Source: a virus (taxonomy: Duplodnaviria; Caudoviricetes). From it: a DNA stretch of 57,956 bases. Both the position numbers and the translations under genes were made by a program. Location of the stretch: the IMG/VR virus record IMGVR_UViG_3300038428_000087, positions 1 to 57,956 of that record; one strand, 5' to 3'. The notes below the pieces were generated by a model. That model was not told the DNA's origin, ran no database searches, and saw only the letters and a program-made list of their open reading frames with translations. Shown piece by piece: positions 1-9,472 of the stretch; position 1 is the first letter of the stretch; every line of letters starts with the position of its first letter.

Positions 1-226
1 GCCGGTTGAAGATCAGGGAAATGAAGGTTCATGTACAGGCAACGCAGGCGACAACGCTTCTAAGATCCGAAGTTATACAGCAACAGGCAACTACTTCAAC
101 GGTGCCCGTCAGCAGATATACCAATGTGCCTTAGCGCACGATGGCAACCCACTACAAGATGTCGGTAGTTCATTAAGTACTATAGCGTGGGTTCTTGAGA
201 ACATCGGAGTTGCTGTTGAGTCTGAG
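1..226. repeat. Terminal direct repeat, copy 1 (circular overlap)
   Basis: 1-226 matches 57731-57956 except T127 vs C57857 (synonymous TGT/TGC Cys codon). An ORF reads straight through the junction. Confidence 0.97.
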
Positions 227-1036
227 TTTCCATACACAGGGGGGATGCAAGGGCCCGTTCCCGCAAACGTCTTAGCGGATGCAGCAAAAGATAAAACAAC
301 CAAAGCAACTCGTTTAGATGCAAGCGATGAAAATACTACAATAGCAAACATCAAAACAGCTATCGCTCCTAATTCAGTACTTCCTCCGTGTTACCCTGTA
401 ATGTACGGTTATACGGTATTTGAATCGTTCTTTAACACTGGTAGCGATGGCAACATGCCTGCACCATCGGGCGGCGTAGCAGGAGGGCATGCCAATGTTT
501 TCATTGCTTTCGACGACAACCACACAGGATGTTATGACGGAAGCAAAGGAGCGTTCCTGTCTAAAAACTCCTGGGGGACAGGATTCGGCTGTCAGAAAGA
601 CGGGACACCTTCAAGCGGTAACGGCGGGTACTGGTGGATGCCGTATTCGTACTTCCTAAACACAGACGATGGCGTAGGCGACTGTTGGGCCATAATCACG
701 GAGTCGGACTTTGTAACTCCAATTCCTACCCCAACACCAACACCCAATCCAGCGACACCGACTAGCTGCTTTCTCACGTGTGATACTGCTACTCCAAAAG
801 TGGGCCAGTTGGTTACGTTCACTGCTGAAGTAATCGCGAACGGAAAAGCGATTCCGGTGCCTGTGACGATCTACCATTATCTAAACGGAGTTAAATATGT
901 GGATAAGTTTGCGTATTCGACGCTTACTTTCCAGACAACATTTGAATCAGCAGCTCCGAGACCGTATTACGTGTCATTCGCAGGCAATTCAACGTACGGG
1001 AGCTCAAGCTCAGGACTTGCGATAAACGTAGCGTAG
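2..1036 (+). CDS. Papain-like C1 cysteine peptidase with PT linker and C-terminal Ig-like domain (3' part; gene starts at 57585 across the junction, 393 aa total)
   Basis: Frame is open from nt 2: DQGNEGSCT (Gln/Cys), GGHAN (His), KNSWG (Asn), GYWWMPY, then (PT)n and a ~90-aa Ig-like domain. Confidence 0.9.
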   Translation, partial: PVEDQGNEGSCTGNAGDNASKIRSYTATGNYFNGARQQIYQCALAHDGNPLQDVGSSLSTIAWVLENIGVAVESEFPYTGGMQGPVPANVLADAAKDKTTKATRLDASDENTTIANIKTAIAPNSVLPPCYPVMYGYTVFESFFNTGSDGNMPAPSGGVAGGHANVFIAFDDNHTGCYDGSKGAFLSKNSWGTGFGCQKDGTPSSGNGGYWWMPYSYFLNTDDGVGDCWAIITESDFVTPIPTPTPTPNPATPTSCFLTCDTATPKVGQLVTFTAEVIANGKAIPVPVTIYHYLNGVKYVDKFAYSTLTFQTTFESAAPRPYYVSFAGNSTYGSSSSGLAINVA

Positions 1037-1222
1037 GACGGATTTTGATAAGAGAAAAGCTATCAAGTGAATCAAAAAAGCTGCCATCTTTGGTGCTCAT
1101 TAAAGGACGAGTGGTGTTACAACTATATGTCGCAGGGTAAGGTAGTAGCTACGCATATCGTACAGGTGGAGAGAAAAGCCAGGTATTCAAGGGCAAGCGC
1201 ACAGGTTGAAACGTAACTGAAC

Positions 1223-2110
1223 ATGGCAACAGACATCGAAAAAGAAGTAAAAGGTCTAAGCGAAGACCAGATCAGAACTGTAGCTCTGGGTATCGACCCC
1301 GTAAACTTCGCACGGCAATTCGGCTTTAATCCCGTAGACTGGCAAGCGGACTTTTTGCATAACAAGCATCCCAGGATTATCATGAACTGCCCCCGAGGTG
1401 CAGGCAAAAGCCTTCTCACTGCAATACTAACCCTACACCACGCGCTTTACACGCCAAATGCATTAGTGCTCTTGTTCTCACCTGGCGATAGACAATCGAT
1501 GGAGCTATTTAAGAAAGTCACCGATTTTTATAAACTACTTGGTAAGGACGCATCAGTAGAATATTCCAAAGCGGAATCAGCACACAGACTTGAGTTAAAA
1601 AACGGGTCAAGAATAATCTCTTTGCCAAACTCACCAAGAACCGTCGTAGGCTATCACAACGTAACATTACTCGTCATAGACGAAGCCGCACTCATTGATA
1701 ATGAAGAGCTTTATACACGAGCCCGCCCGATGCTTGACCATAAAAACGGTCGCCTGTTCCTACTCTCAACTCCATTCGGAAAGAGTGGTTTCTTTTATCG
1801 AGAATGGAGTGATTGGGAGAAAAACAACAGAACCGTCTGGCGAGGCATTACGGTTACAACTAACGAATGTCCGTGGATGCTTCCTTCGTTTCTAGCAGAA
1901 GAACGGCAAAAACTAGGGGATCGCGGCTATCGCCAAGAGTATGAATGCTCTTTTGAAGAGAATATCGACAGCTACTTTTCACTTGAAGAGATAGAAAATG
2001 CGTATAGTAAAGACGTTAGGCCGTTATTTACCGCAGACGGTGAACTCGACATTCCATTACCCAGCGTGCAGAATAAACGCGGCATGGAAGGCTTAGGGTG
2101 GAGCATTTAA
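1223..2110 (+). CDS. Terminase large subunit, ATPase domain (split gene)
   Basis: Q motif (DWQ), Walker A CPRGAGKS, Walker B LLVIDEAA, coupling motif LSTPFG, QEYECSF. Confidence 0.92.
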   Translation: MATDIEKEVKGLSEDQIRTVALGIDPVNFARQFGFNPVDWQADFLHNKHPRIIMNCPRGAGKSLLTAILTLHHALYTPNALVLLFSPGDRQSMELFKKVTDFYKLLGKDASVEYSKAESAHRLELKNGSRIISLPNSPRTVVGYHNVTLLVIDEAALIDNEELYTRARPMLDHKNGRLFLLSTPFGKSGFFYREWSDWEKNNRTVWRGITVTTNECPWMLPSFLAEERQKLGDRGYRQEYECSFEENIDSYFSLEEIENAYSKDVRPLFTADGELDIPLPSVQNKRGMEGLGWSI

Positions 2111-2881
2111 GTGGAAACTGAAACACAGTTCACGTATTTTATAGGGCTAGACTTAGGTCAGGCAAGAGACTATACGGCGGTTGTTGTCTTAGAACACACA
2201 GAGACCTACGCAGTTCCACCACCCAAAACAGGTCGTGATGCTTTCGAGATGGTAGGTATCGGTGATTCTACCGGAAAGCCATCTAGACCAATATCATTTA
2301 CTCCAACAGCAGAAACGTACCATGTTCGGTACTGCCGCCGGTTTCCACTAGGTACACCATATCCAGAAATAGTGCGCTGGACTTCTACACAGGTCAGAAA
2401 TATAATGACTCGCGCGCGGGTTGGACTTATCATTGACGCTACCGGCGTAGGGCGCGCTATTTTAGATATGTTTCGTGACGCACAATTAAAAGTTGTTCCT
2501 GTTAACGTTACCAGCGGACAATACGACAACTTCGCAAAAGGAGTCTGGAACGTTCCTAAGAAAGACTTGGCGAGTGCAACTAAGTTTCTCTTAGACAAAA
2601 AAGTGCTCAAGATAGAAGATCCTACTGATAACACTCCAGGTGACAATGATCTCTACATCTCATCGGCGGAGCTGATAGAAGAAATCCAAAATTTTAGGAT
2701 AAAGATAAATGAGCGAACCAGACACGAAAGTTACGGGGCGTGGCGCGAAAATGATCACGACGACCTAGTCTTTGCTCTGTTTCTTACATGTTGGTGGTGC
2801 TTAAAAAGAAAAGAAAAGGCCGGAAAAGCATATACGCCGGTAATTGTCGGTGAAGACGAAGGAACCAAGCTGCCCGGATAA
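2111..2881 (+). CDS. Terminase large subunit, RNase H-like nuclease domain (split gene)
   Basis: IGLDLGQARDYTA, IDATGVG and HDDLVFAL. GTG start immediately follows the ATPase stop codon. Confidence 0.9.
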   Translation: METETQFTYFIGLDLGQARDYTAVVVLEHTETYAVPPPKTGRDAFEMVGIGDSTGKPSRPISFTPTAETYHVRYCRRFPLGTPYPEIVRWTSTQVRNIMTRARVGLIIDATGVGRAILDMFRDAQLKVVPVNVTSGQYDNFAKGVWNVPKKDLASATKFLLDKKVLKIEDPTDNTPGDNDLYISSAELIEEIQNFRIKINERTRHESYGAWRENDHDDLVFALFLTCWWCLKRKEKAGKAYTPVIVGEDEGTKLPG

Positions 2882-2904
2882 TTGAATATAGGAACAAGAC
2901 ATAA

Positions 2905-4689
2905 ATGCCCTCGAAAAAAGAAGAAACTAACGGTATAACGTCATTTAACGAGAACTCTTCACTTACTAATTTTACCAAAGCGAACCAAACTCCTGAAGAC
3001 GTAAAGAAATTAGTCGATCTCCAGGACCAGCCGTTTACGCCTCAAGGCTTGCCTACGCTGGGTTCAGGCGACTTAATGGGTGTCGGCCCATCCAGCCCAG
3101 GTCATCCTGCTCAAATTAATTACTTCGCAGAGTACGGCACTACCGGCCTGATGTACATACCTCCGTATGTATATGAAGAATGGCTGACTGAGCTCCAATA
3201 CACTCGCGGCGTCCGGATGTACAAAGAGATGTACACGATGGACGCTATTATTTCATCCATCTTTTACGCCGTGGAAATGAGCGTTAGAAGCGTTAATCTT
3301 TGGTGGGAAACCGCCGGAGCATCAGATGAGGACTTAAAAGCACTTCAATTTTACGAAGAGTGTTGGGAAGATATGAGCGTTAATCCACAAGACCTCGTAT
3401 CAGAAATTCTCAGCATGTTTATTTTCGGGTATCATCTCGCGGAGATAGTGTATAAAAAGAGAGAGGGCCCGCATCCTGAAGACAGCACGATAGATTCAAA
3501 TTATGACGATGGCCGCGTTGGGTGGAGAAAGTTTGCTACTAGGGCCCAAGAAACACTACTTAATTGGGACTTTGACGTTAACGGTGGAGTACGAGGCTTT
3601 AGGCAACTTGCGCCCCCGCATTTTATAATCACAGAGATACCGATAGAAAAACTGCTGCTTTTCAGAGTCAAACCGCGTAAATCCAATCCCGAAGGCGTCT
3701 CAATGCTTCGCGGGGCGTATCGGACGTATATGTTCAAAAAACTCGCTGAAGAAATAATGATGACGGGCATTGAGCGTGATTTGGCAGGCGTTCCGATCAT
3801 ACGGGCCCCAGGTGAAATAATAACCGGAGTAGATGCTAATTCTCAGTCTATGATGACCACGCTCACGCGCATCGTCAGGAACCTAAAACGAAACCAGGAC
3901 GAGGGCATTGTACTACCGTCTAACAACTATTCATCAGCAGACGGCGGCGGATTGATGTATGACGTCCAACTTATCGGCCCGCAATCGCAGAGGCAGTTCG
4001 ATATCGTTGGGATTATCCAGATGTTCTCTAAGTGGATAGCCATGACGATGTGTGCTGACTGGTTGATGCTCGGACAGGACGCTATAGGGTCATACGCGTT
4101 AGCGCAGACCAAGAACGATATGTTTGCGATGACGATTTCAACGATTCTCGATTCAATTTGTCAGGTCTTTAACTCATACGCAGTACCTCGCTTAGCGCAG
4201 CTTAATCCAGACGTAAACCCGGAAACGTTACCTAAACTCGTTCACGGCGATGTAAATACCGCACTGATAAGCGATGTCGGGATATTTTTAAACAACGTCG
4301 CGCGGGGCGGAGTTGAGATTCCAAACGACGTGCAATTTAGAAACGCCCTGTGGGATATGGTAGGACTTCCAAAAGAACCTGAACCTGAAGGCGAAACTGC
4401 TACGCCGGTGGATTCGTTATTACCTGGACAAACAGCCCAGAGATCAAGAGAACGAAACCAGAGGATAAACGAAGAGACGCCGTTCAGAGGAAAGCCACCA
4501 CGGGCGGTAGTTCAAACTCCTGGTCCAGTGAAACGGTCTGCTACAGTCGAAAAAATAACAAAACAACAGCCTAGTGTTTCAGACGTCCATGTAAAGCGGC
4601 CAAGTGAAGACATATCAGTTGCGTATCTACAGGGGACTAAACCAAAAAAGAAGCGAAAGAAAAATGGCAAAGGAACTGCTGGAAGTTAA
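2905..4689 (+). CDS. Portal protein (DUF935/Mu gp29-like)
   Basis: Follows the terminase; NPEGVSMLRGAY, IERDLAGVP, GSYALA motifs; 594 aa. Confidence 0.88.
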   Translation: MPSKKEETNGITSFNENSSLTNFTKANQTPEDVKKLVDLQDQPFTPQGLPTLGSGDLMGVGPSSPGHPAQINYFAEYGTTGLMYIPPYVYEEWLTELQYTRGVRMYKEMYTMDAIISSIFYAVEMSVRSVNLWWETAGASDEDLKALQFYEECWEDMSVNPQDLVSEILSMFIFGYHLAEIVYKKREGPHPEDSTIDSNYDDGRVGWRKFATRAQETLLNWDFDVNGGVRGFRQLAPPHFIITEIPIEKLLLFRVKPRKSNPEGVSMLRGAYRTYMFKKLAEEIMMTGIERDLAGVPIIRAPGEIITGVDANSQSMMTTLTRIVRNLKRNQDEGIVLPSNNYSSADGGGLMYDVQLIGPQSQRQFDIVGIIQMFSKWIAMTMCADWLMLGQDAIGSYALAQTKNDMFAMTISTILDSICQVFNSYAVPRLAQLNPDVNPETLPKLVHGDVNTALISDVGIFLNNVARGGVEIPNDVQFRNALWDMVGLPKEPEPEGETATPVDSLLPGQTAQRSRERNQRINEETPFRGKPPRAVVQTPGPVKRSATVEKITKQQPSVSDVHVKRPSEDISVAYLQGTKPKKKRKKNGKGTAGS

Positions 4690-4776
4690 GGTTGAGCGAC
4701 TTGAAAAAGAGATTACGGAACTAAAGCGCCAGCTCAAGATGCACATTAGTAATTGTCCATTTCGGGAGGTACGCGT

Positions 4777-5052
4777 ATGAGATATACTAATGAATGGGGG
4801 GACAAGGAAGACTTCGGTCTTGATGATCCTAAAGCTATCGTCGTTAAGAAGGAAGATTTACTCAATATGTCGGTAGTTCAGCAAGGCGATGATACACGGC
4901 CACTTACGAGAAAAGAAAAGAGAGAATTAAACGACGTGCTCAATCAGGCGGTAGGCAAGCCGTCACACAGAGAAGGAATTATCAACCTAGTCGTTCTCGT
5001 CAGTTGGACAATCTTCTGGATATTAGTCTCACATTATGTACTTCATTTCTAG
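4777..5052 (+). CDS. Hypothetical protein with C-terminal transmembrane helix
   Basis: GGAGGT before the ATG at 4777; hydrophobic C-terminus. Confidence 0.6.
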   Translation: MRYTNEWGDKEDFGLDDPKAIVVKKEDLLNMSVVQQGDDTRPLTRKEKRELNDVLNQAVGKPSHREGIINLVVLVSWTIFWILVSHYVLHF

Positions 5053-5063
5053 GAGGGGTAAAC

Positions 5064-5858
5064 ATGCCAAAGTCAGAAAAAAAGAAAGCTAAGAAGAAAA
5101 CCGTAAAGAAAGAAGAAATTAAAGGAGTTAGCACACCGAAAGAACCTGACGTGTACGCCGAAAAGATCGAAGCGCAGCCGGATAACTATAGCTGGCTCGC
5201 AATGTCTCGTGCGAAACCGGAAGAAACTGAATCATCTGAAGGTGCCATCGATCCATTCGCTGATCTGGGTAGCGATAGCGCATTAGACCTCCTTAAACAA
5301 GATCAAGAAAAACGAGAGGAAGCTGAGTTAAAGGTCATTGAAGACGCAATGAAAAAAAGCCAGAAGGCCGCAAAGCGCCTGAAACCAGTCACCATCAAAA
5401 TAACCGGAGAGAATCTAATCCATTGGTATGCAATGCTCGATGGAATACGAAGTTCATTGTTAACACGCAATGGAGTATCAGCGGCAGAGAAAGCGGTCTA
5501 TTCCGAACTCCCGATTTCTAATGAAACTGCCATCGTTTATCTTCTCATGCTGCACGATGAAGAGATGGAGCGGCATACTAGAACTGTTGCGCCACATCAG
5601 GAAGATATTGAACGAATAGAAAAGCAGATGGGAGAAAAAGCGAGAGCATACCAAGCTAGACGACCCGCACCTATCACATCATCTAACCCACATAGCATTC
5701 TAGCTGAAAAAGGCCCAGCGATGCCCGCGCCGAATCCATTAGGAGCAATGACTATAGACTCAGGCTTTACTATGGGCGGAGCGCAAATGTCTGAAGCTGA
5801 TTTTTTCAGGATGGCACAGGCTAAGAAAGTCCCGAGACCTGTTAAAAAGGGAATGTGA
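5064..5858 (+). CDS. Hypothetical protein
   Basis: AGGAGG before the ATG at 5064; long ORF within the operon. Confidence 0.65.
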   Translation: MPKSEKKKAKKKTVKKEEIKGVSTPKEPDVYAEKIEAQPDNYSWLAMSRAKPEETESSEGAIDPFADLGSDSALDLLKQDQEKREEAELKVIEDAMKKSQKAAKRLKPVTIKITGENLIHWYAMLDGIRSSLLTRNGVSAAEKAVYSELPISNETAIVYLLMLHDEEMERHTRTVAPHQEDIERIEKQMGEKARAYQARRPAPITSSNPHSILAEKGPAMPAPNPLGAMTIDSGFTMGGAQMSEADFFRMAQAKKVPRPVKKGM

Positions 5859-6015
5859 AAAATGAAAGAAACTAAAGCGTATGTGATATTTTCAATCGCC
5901 GCGCTTATAGCGGTCTGTTACATAACGACGTTAGCATATTTTTTAGCACGATAAGATAAAGAGGAAACAACCTACAAATGGAAAACCAAGCTGTTGAATC
6001 CTATGAGGATCAGCA

Positions 6016-6621
6016 ATGAAGTGTTCTAAATGCGGTCGAGAAGCTGAAGACGCGAAGTTTAAACAGTGTAGTGCATGCCGCGAGAGTTATCGCAATTATC
6101 GTAAGCAACCCAAATGGATAGAGTACAACAGAAATTACCAACGCGAATGGATACGCACGCATAGAAAAGTACCTCCAGAAGGATGCTGTATCAGATGTGG
6201 CAAGCCGTTAGAATCTAATCTATTCGCAAAATGTGAGCAATGCCTCCAAAGTTCACGAGATTGGTTCTCTTTAAATCCCGACAAGGCTCTGAAATATGCG
6301 CGTAAGTCACGTGAAGCGAATCATGATAGACATCTGAACTATATACATAACTACCGGGCCCGGAAAAAAGGTAATGGCGGCACATTCACCTTTAAAGAGC
6401 TAAACGAGTTATTTGAACAACAAGAAGGATTCTGTTATTATTGCGGTGAATTACTTTATGCATCATTTGACAGAGAGATTCACATAGAGCATAAGATTCC
6501 AATATCTCGCGGAGGTTCTAATGATATCACGAATATTGTACTAAGTTGCGCAAAATGCAATCTTAGTAAAGGCGCAAAGACCGATGTGGAATTTTTAAAA
6601 TTGGTAACAAAGCAAAAATGA
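6016..6621 (+). CDS. HNH endonuclease with N-terminal Zn-finger repeats
   Basis: CYYCG...HIEHKIPISRGGSN...N...CAKCN; two CxxC-CxxC units at the N-terminus. Confidence 0.9.
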   Translation: MKCSKCGREAEDAKFKQCSACRESYRNYRKQPKWIEYNRNYQREWIRTHRKVPPEGCCIRCGKPLESNLFAKCEQCLQSSRDWFSLNPDKALKYARKSREANHDRHLNYIHNYRARKKGNGGTFTFKELNELFEQQEGFCYYCGELLYASFDREIHIEHKIPISRGGSNDITNIVLSCAKCNLSKGAKTDVEFLKLVTKQK

Positions 6622-7970
6622 AAGAAGAAATCGCTGTTGAAAAGGAATCCAAACCTAAGCAATATTCCCAGGAATACATGGACGCACTTTTAGAAGGCGT
6701 CAGGCAGTATGTACCTCCGCACGTAATGGAAAATCTACACAGGCAAGCGTTACCTCGTGCCGGTGGCAAAGCAAGTGCCAATGCACGCGCAGCTCGAAAT
6801 GCTGCTCAGACCACTGAAGCTAGTCAAGCACAAAATACACAGGCCGAAGTAAACGCAGAGGTAGAGAAACAACCGATACCGGCAGACATAACACCAGTAC
6901 CGTTACCTACGAATGAAAAACCGTTAACACCTCCTGCACCACCGCAACTGCAACCGGAAACGTGTGCAGAGGGCGATGAAGCATGCGAGGCTTCTGGGTC
7001 AGGTCCAGAGCAATCTACACCCGTACAACAAGGTAAAAGTAAAATGGATAAGGAAGAAATAGATAAAGATGCACACGGTAAGCAGGGCGCACCCATAGCT
7101 GATACTAATGCATGGGATGCAGGTGCAGCTCAAAAGCGATTAGTGGCGTGGGCATCAGATAGTGATGGCAATATCAACTTTGGCAAACTCAAGCGAGGCT
7201 ATTTGTGGAGCGCACCGGGAGCAGATAAACTAGGAGATCTTAAATTCCCTGTCGCAGATATCATCAACGGACAGTTTAAGATAAGCGCAGCAGCTTTATC
7301 GGCAGCAGCAGGTCGTATTAACCAAAGTAAAGGAATACCACCCGATGAGCTCGCTTCAATGAAAGCCACGCTTAGAAGCTACTACAAAGACATAGGTGAA
7401 GACGCACCGGATAATATCTCAAAAGCAAGCGATGAGGACTTACATCCGGATTGTCAGAAGGTAGCGGACAACTGCATGAAACTGAAATCCGGCAAAGGCA
7501 TCTCTAAAGCAGATGTTCCGACCTACATAGGCAAACGTCCGATACTTACCTTCGTCGCTGCATCGCCAGGCATCATGGAGTCTATCAGGAAAACCGCTTT
7601 GGCAGGAGCTACAGGCAAGACATTCAACGATGAATACCTGACTCCTTTAGGCCTTACGAGAAACGACGTTGCGATTACCTATCTTGTCCCGAATCTGCTA
7701 AAAGACGAAGGCGGGAAAGTCAGAGAACCAACTGCCGAAGAAATAGAGAAGTGGCAACCCTGGTTCACCGAAGAAATCGAAAAGATTGAAAGCGGTAATA
7801 AGCTGCCAATAATCGCACTCGACCACACGGTGAAAAAAGCGTTAGATAGAGAAGTTGAATTTACACTGCCTCATCCAAACTCACTATATACTCCGCGAAC
7901 AAAGGATGAGCTGCAAAGGAAGAGATATCAGGTATCAAAGGCTCTCGAAGCTAGATACCGAAAAAACTGA
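6618..7970 (+). CDS. Prohead-associated multidomain protein with a C-terminal uracil-DNA-glycosylase-like domain
   Basis: Lies between portal and protease. C-terminal FVAASPG..E..AGATGK..GLTRNDVAITY..REPTAEEI..W..EEI..IIAL..LPHP resembles family-4 UDG. Confidence 0.7.
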   Translation: MKEEIAVEKESKPKQYSQEYMDALLEGVRQYVPPHVMENLHRQALPRAGGKASANARAARNAAQTTEASQAQNTQAEVNAEVEKQPIPADITPVPLPTNEKPLTPPAPPQLQPETCAEGDEACEASGSGPEQSTPVQQGKSKMDKEEIDKDAHGKQGAPIADTNAWDAGAAQKRLVAWASDSDGNINFGKLKRGYLWSAPGADKLGDLKFPVADIINGQFKISAAALSAAAGRINQSKGIPPDELASMKATLRSYYKDIGEDAPDNISKASDEDLHPDCQKVADNCMKLKSGKGISKADVPTYIGKRPILTFVAASPGIMESIRKTALAGATGKTFNDEYLTPLGLTRNDVAITYLVPNLLKDEGGKVREPTAEEIEKWQPWFTEEIEKIESGNKLPIIALDHTVKKALDREVEFTLPHPNSLYTPRTKDELQRKRYQVSKALEARYRKN

Positions 7971-8037
7971 TAAAACGTCCTGAGAAATTAAGCCAGATTA
8001 ACGTCAAAAAACAAGTAACGCTTAAATACTCTCAGGA
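7961..8037 (+). other. Putative -1 programmed frameshift signal (A AAA AAC plus downstream stem-loop)
   Basis: Heptamer 7961-7967 is in the correct phase just before the TGA. The -1 frame is open 7955-8452. TCCTGAGA (7978-7985) pairs with TCTCAGGA (8030-8037); TTAAGC (7988-7993) pairs with GCTTAA (8020-8025). Confidence 0.6.
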
Positions 8038-8092
8038 GAATTTTGAACCGATACAAAAGCAAGCAGCGGCCTGGCACTACACCGCGCGCCTG

Positions 8093-8452
8093 TTGAAAGG
8101 GACAGACCATCTAGTGTGGGGTGTTGTCTATGAACCGTGCAACGGACCTGTCTGCAAGACCGATACGCAGGGGGACTTTATACGTCCCGATGAACTGCGA
8201 AAGGTCGCGCAGAATTATCTCGCCAATGCCGGTAGAATAGGACTCCACCATCAGAAAGAACTGAGTCCGTCCGAGGCGACGCCTGTGGAGAGCTTCATCG
8301 CGCCCGTTGATATGGTCGTCGATGGTGAACACATCACGAAAGGCTCCTGGGTGCTGTTCACGAAACTAAACGATGCACTTTGGAAACGCGCACAGAGCGG
8401 AGAACTCGGCGCGTATAGCATCGACGGAACAGGTGTGCGCGTAAAAGCGTAA
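8093..8452 (+). CDS. XkdF-like prohead serine protease domain (frame open from 7955)
   Basis: LVWGVVYEP..DTQGD..H..VESFIAP..KGSW..LW..GELGAYSIDG. Only a weak TTG start is available. Confidence 0.85.
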   Translation: MKGTDHLVWGVVYEPCNGPVCKTDTQGDFIRPDELRKVAQNYLANAGRIGLHHQKELSPSEATPVESFIAPVDMVVDGEHITKGSWVLFTKLNDALWKRAQSGELGAYSIDGTGVRVKA

Positions 8453-8476
8453 CCTCTAAAGAGAACCAAGGCGCGA

Positions 8477-9472
8477 ATGGTAAACGACAAAGATTATTCA
8501 ACTGGCGTACCTAGCGTCGCTCTCGAAAAAGATACTGAACTTGTCGATACCGAAGTTAATTCCGTTCACCTCGTAACACGCGGGGCGAACCGTAAGAAAC
8601 TTCATTTGGTCAAGTCAGAATTAAAACGCGCACCAGGATCTAATTCTATGGCAGAAACACACGAACCAGCGTTCGCTATCGACGTCCTTAAAAATTATCA
8701 CGAGGAAGGACTGGCGGACAAAATAGAAAAAGGGATTCCTGGGCTACAACCTGAAGCGATGGAAGTAGGAGAGGCCATGGTCACTCTTGCCAAATCTGTT
8801 GCTGAAGAACTCCCCGCAAACTTCTTTGATGAGATCTCGTCTATCGCAGGTTTTCAGAAAGCCAGCACTAAGAAAGCGAAGCCTACTGAGGACGACGATG
8901 ACGATGATGATGACGGTTGCGATGGAGACGACGGAGCTCAGAAATCAAAGGCAACGAAAATGAAAAAGAGTATAGAAAAAACCCTCGAAAAGATCGAGAA
9001 AGAGGAAGACCTTGATCTTCTACCTGAAGATGTGCAGAAGGCCGTCCGTCCGATATGGAAGGCCCTCGTAGAGAAGGACGAGCGCATCGCCAAGATGGAA
9101 GAGCAAAAGCGTGAAGAGGTTTTTCTTGCGAAGGCAGCGCAGTACACCCGTATTGCCAAAGGTGCTGATTTCGTCAATTTGATGAAAGACGCAGCCGATT
9201 ACCTCCCAGAAAAGTCCTTCCAGGCATTTATTCATCTTCTCGACGCTCACGAGGAAATGCTTAGAAAAGGCGACCTGTTCGCAGAGTACGGCAGCTCGCT
9301 CGAAGGCGACGCATCGAACCCACTTGTTAGGTGGGATGCAGAAGCCAAAGCACTGCAGAAATCAGCAGGGATAACGTACGAACAAGCGTACACCGACGTT
9401 GTGCACGCAGACCCAGAAGGGTACAAGGAAGTCCTTAATCACAACCTAGCCGCATCACGAGGTGAGTTCTAA
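8477..9472 (+). CDS. Capsid scaffolding protein
   Basis: Between protease and capsid genes; acidic and helical; EVNSVHLVTRGAN near the N-terminus; many (I/L/V)xK motifs. Confidence 0.7.
   Translation: MVNDKDYSTGVPSVALEKDTELVDTEVNSVHLVTRGANRKKLHLVKSELKRAPGSNSMAETHEPAFAIDVLKNYHEEGLADKIEKGIPGLQPEAMEVGEAMVTLAKSVAEELPANFFDEISSIAGFQKASTKKAKPTEDDDDDDDDGCDGDDGAQKSKATKMKKSIEKTLEKIEKEEDLDLLPEDVQKAVRPIWKALVEKDERIAKMEEQKREEVFLAKAAQYTRIAKGADFVNLMKDAADYLPEKSFQAFIHLLDAHEEMLRKGDLFAEYGSSLEGDASNPLVRWDAEAKALQKSAGITYEQAYTDVVHADPEGYKEVLNHNLAASRGEF

Noticed and set aside
1-226. Biological direct terminal repeat of the virion DNA
   Set aside because: It falls mid-gene and is most simply an assembly overlap of a circular or permuted genome; physical ends cannot be inferred.
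8890-8930. GAC/GAT trinucleotide run, and PT-encoding repeats elsewhere
   Set aside because: Explained by poly-Asp and Pro-Thr linkers in proteins.
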